Source of the DNA: Macrostomum lignano
Taxonomy: Eukaryota
Assembly (NCBI GenBank): GCA_002269645.1
Contig: NIVC01000216.1
Coordinates: 56,806 to 120,805, forward strand
Direction of reading: 5' to 3'
Length of the DNA stretch: 64,000 nucleotides
This document shows positions 63,901 through 64,000 of this stretch, one piece after another. Made by a program: the position numbers and the translations under genes. The notes under the pieces were generated by a model. That model had not been told where the DNA came from. It saw only the letters and a program-made list of their open reading frames with translations, and did not search any database. Each line of letters begins with the position of its first letter. The first letter of the stretch is position 1.

Positions 63901-64000
63901 AAGGTGCGCCATTCCGCGTCGATGCTCAATTGTACACCTCTCAGTCTGGGGATCGTAGGCAAATCTGATCGCATTAGAACTGATCGGCTGTGTGCGGCCT
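54969..64000 (-). CDS. FREM1/FRAS1-family extracellular matrix protein (CSPG repeats, Calx-beta, C-terminal C-type lectin); 5' end outside the window
   Basis: Exons >64000-61924 (with two apparent frameshifts), 60989-60279, 60199-57972, 57586-57318, 57230-57027, 56948-56771, 55979-55806 and 55273-54969, with phase-consistent GT/AG sites. Repeated CSPG motifs (FSQxDI...YxH.G.E...D.F), a Calx-beta-like segment and a terminal CTLD give the FREM1-like architecture. Confidence 0.85.

Noticed and set aside
58301-63968. Plus-strand ORFs overlapping the FREM1-like gene
   Set aside because: Antisense shadows of the minus-strand coding exons.

Overview
Eukaryotic (animal) genomic DNA. GC/CpG-rich exons with GT-AG introns and minisatellite-packed introns suggest a macrostomid flatworm such as Macrostomum, but this is inference only. 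Genes I can support: on the minus strand, a 6-exon degenerate 2OG-Fe(II) oxygenase-family gene (its 3' part is duplicated at the left edge before an N gap), DCAF17, a divergent Bcl-2-family gene and a FREM1/FRAS1-like CSPG/Calx-beta/C-type-lectin gene that runs off the right edge; on the plus strand, a catalytically dead neprilysin (M13)-like gene and a secreted PAN + C-type lectin. Mobile DNA includes a tRNA-headed CORE-type SINE, several MITEs with clear 8- or 9-bp TSDs, a Crypton-type tyrosine-recombinase remnant, and a CpG-void island (~16.2-20.8 kb) holding decayed gag-like and integrase-like frames. The main unexplained signal is a dispersed family of ~65-130-nt diverged copies of the 28S rRNA segment containing the R2-retrotransposon / I-PpoI target site. 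There are six copies at four loci, all on the + strand; five are full-length and ungapped against 28S, with flanks better conserved than the cut-site core and shared non-rDNA substitutions. One copy is cargo of a MITE and one nearly fills a 104-nt intron. All alignments were done by eye against recalled consensus sequences; no database search was run.
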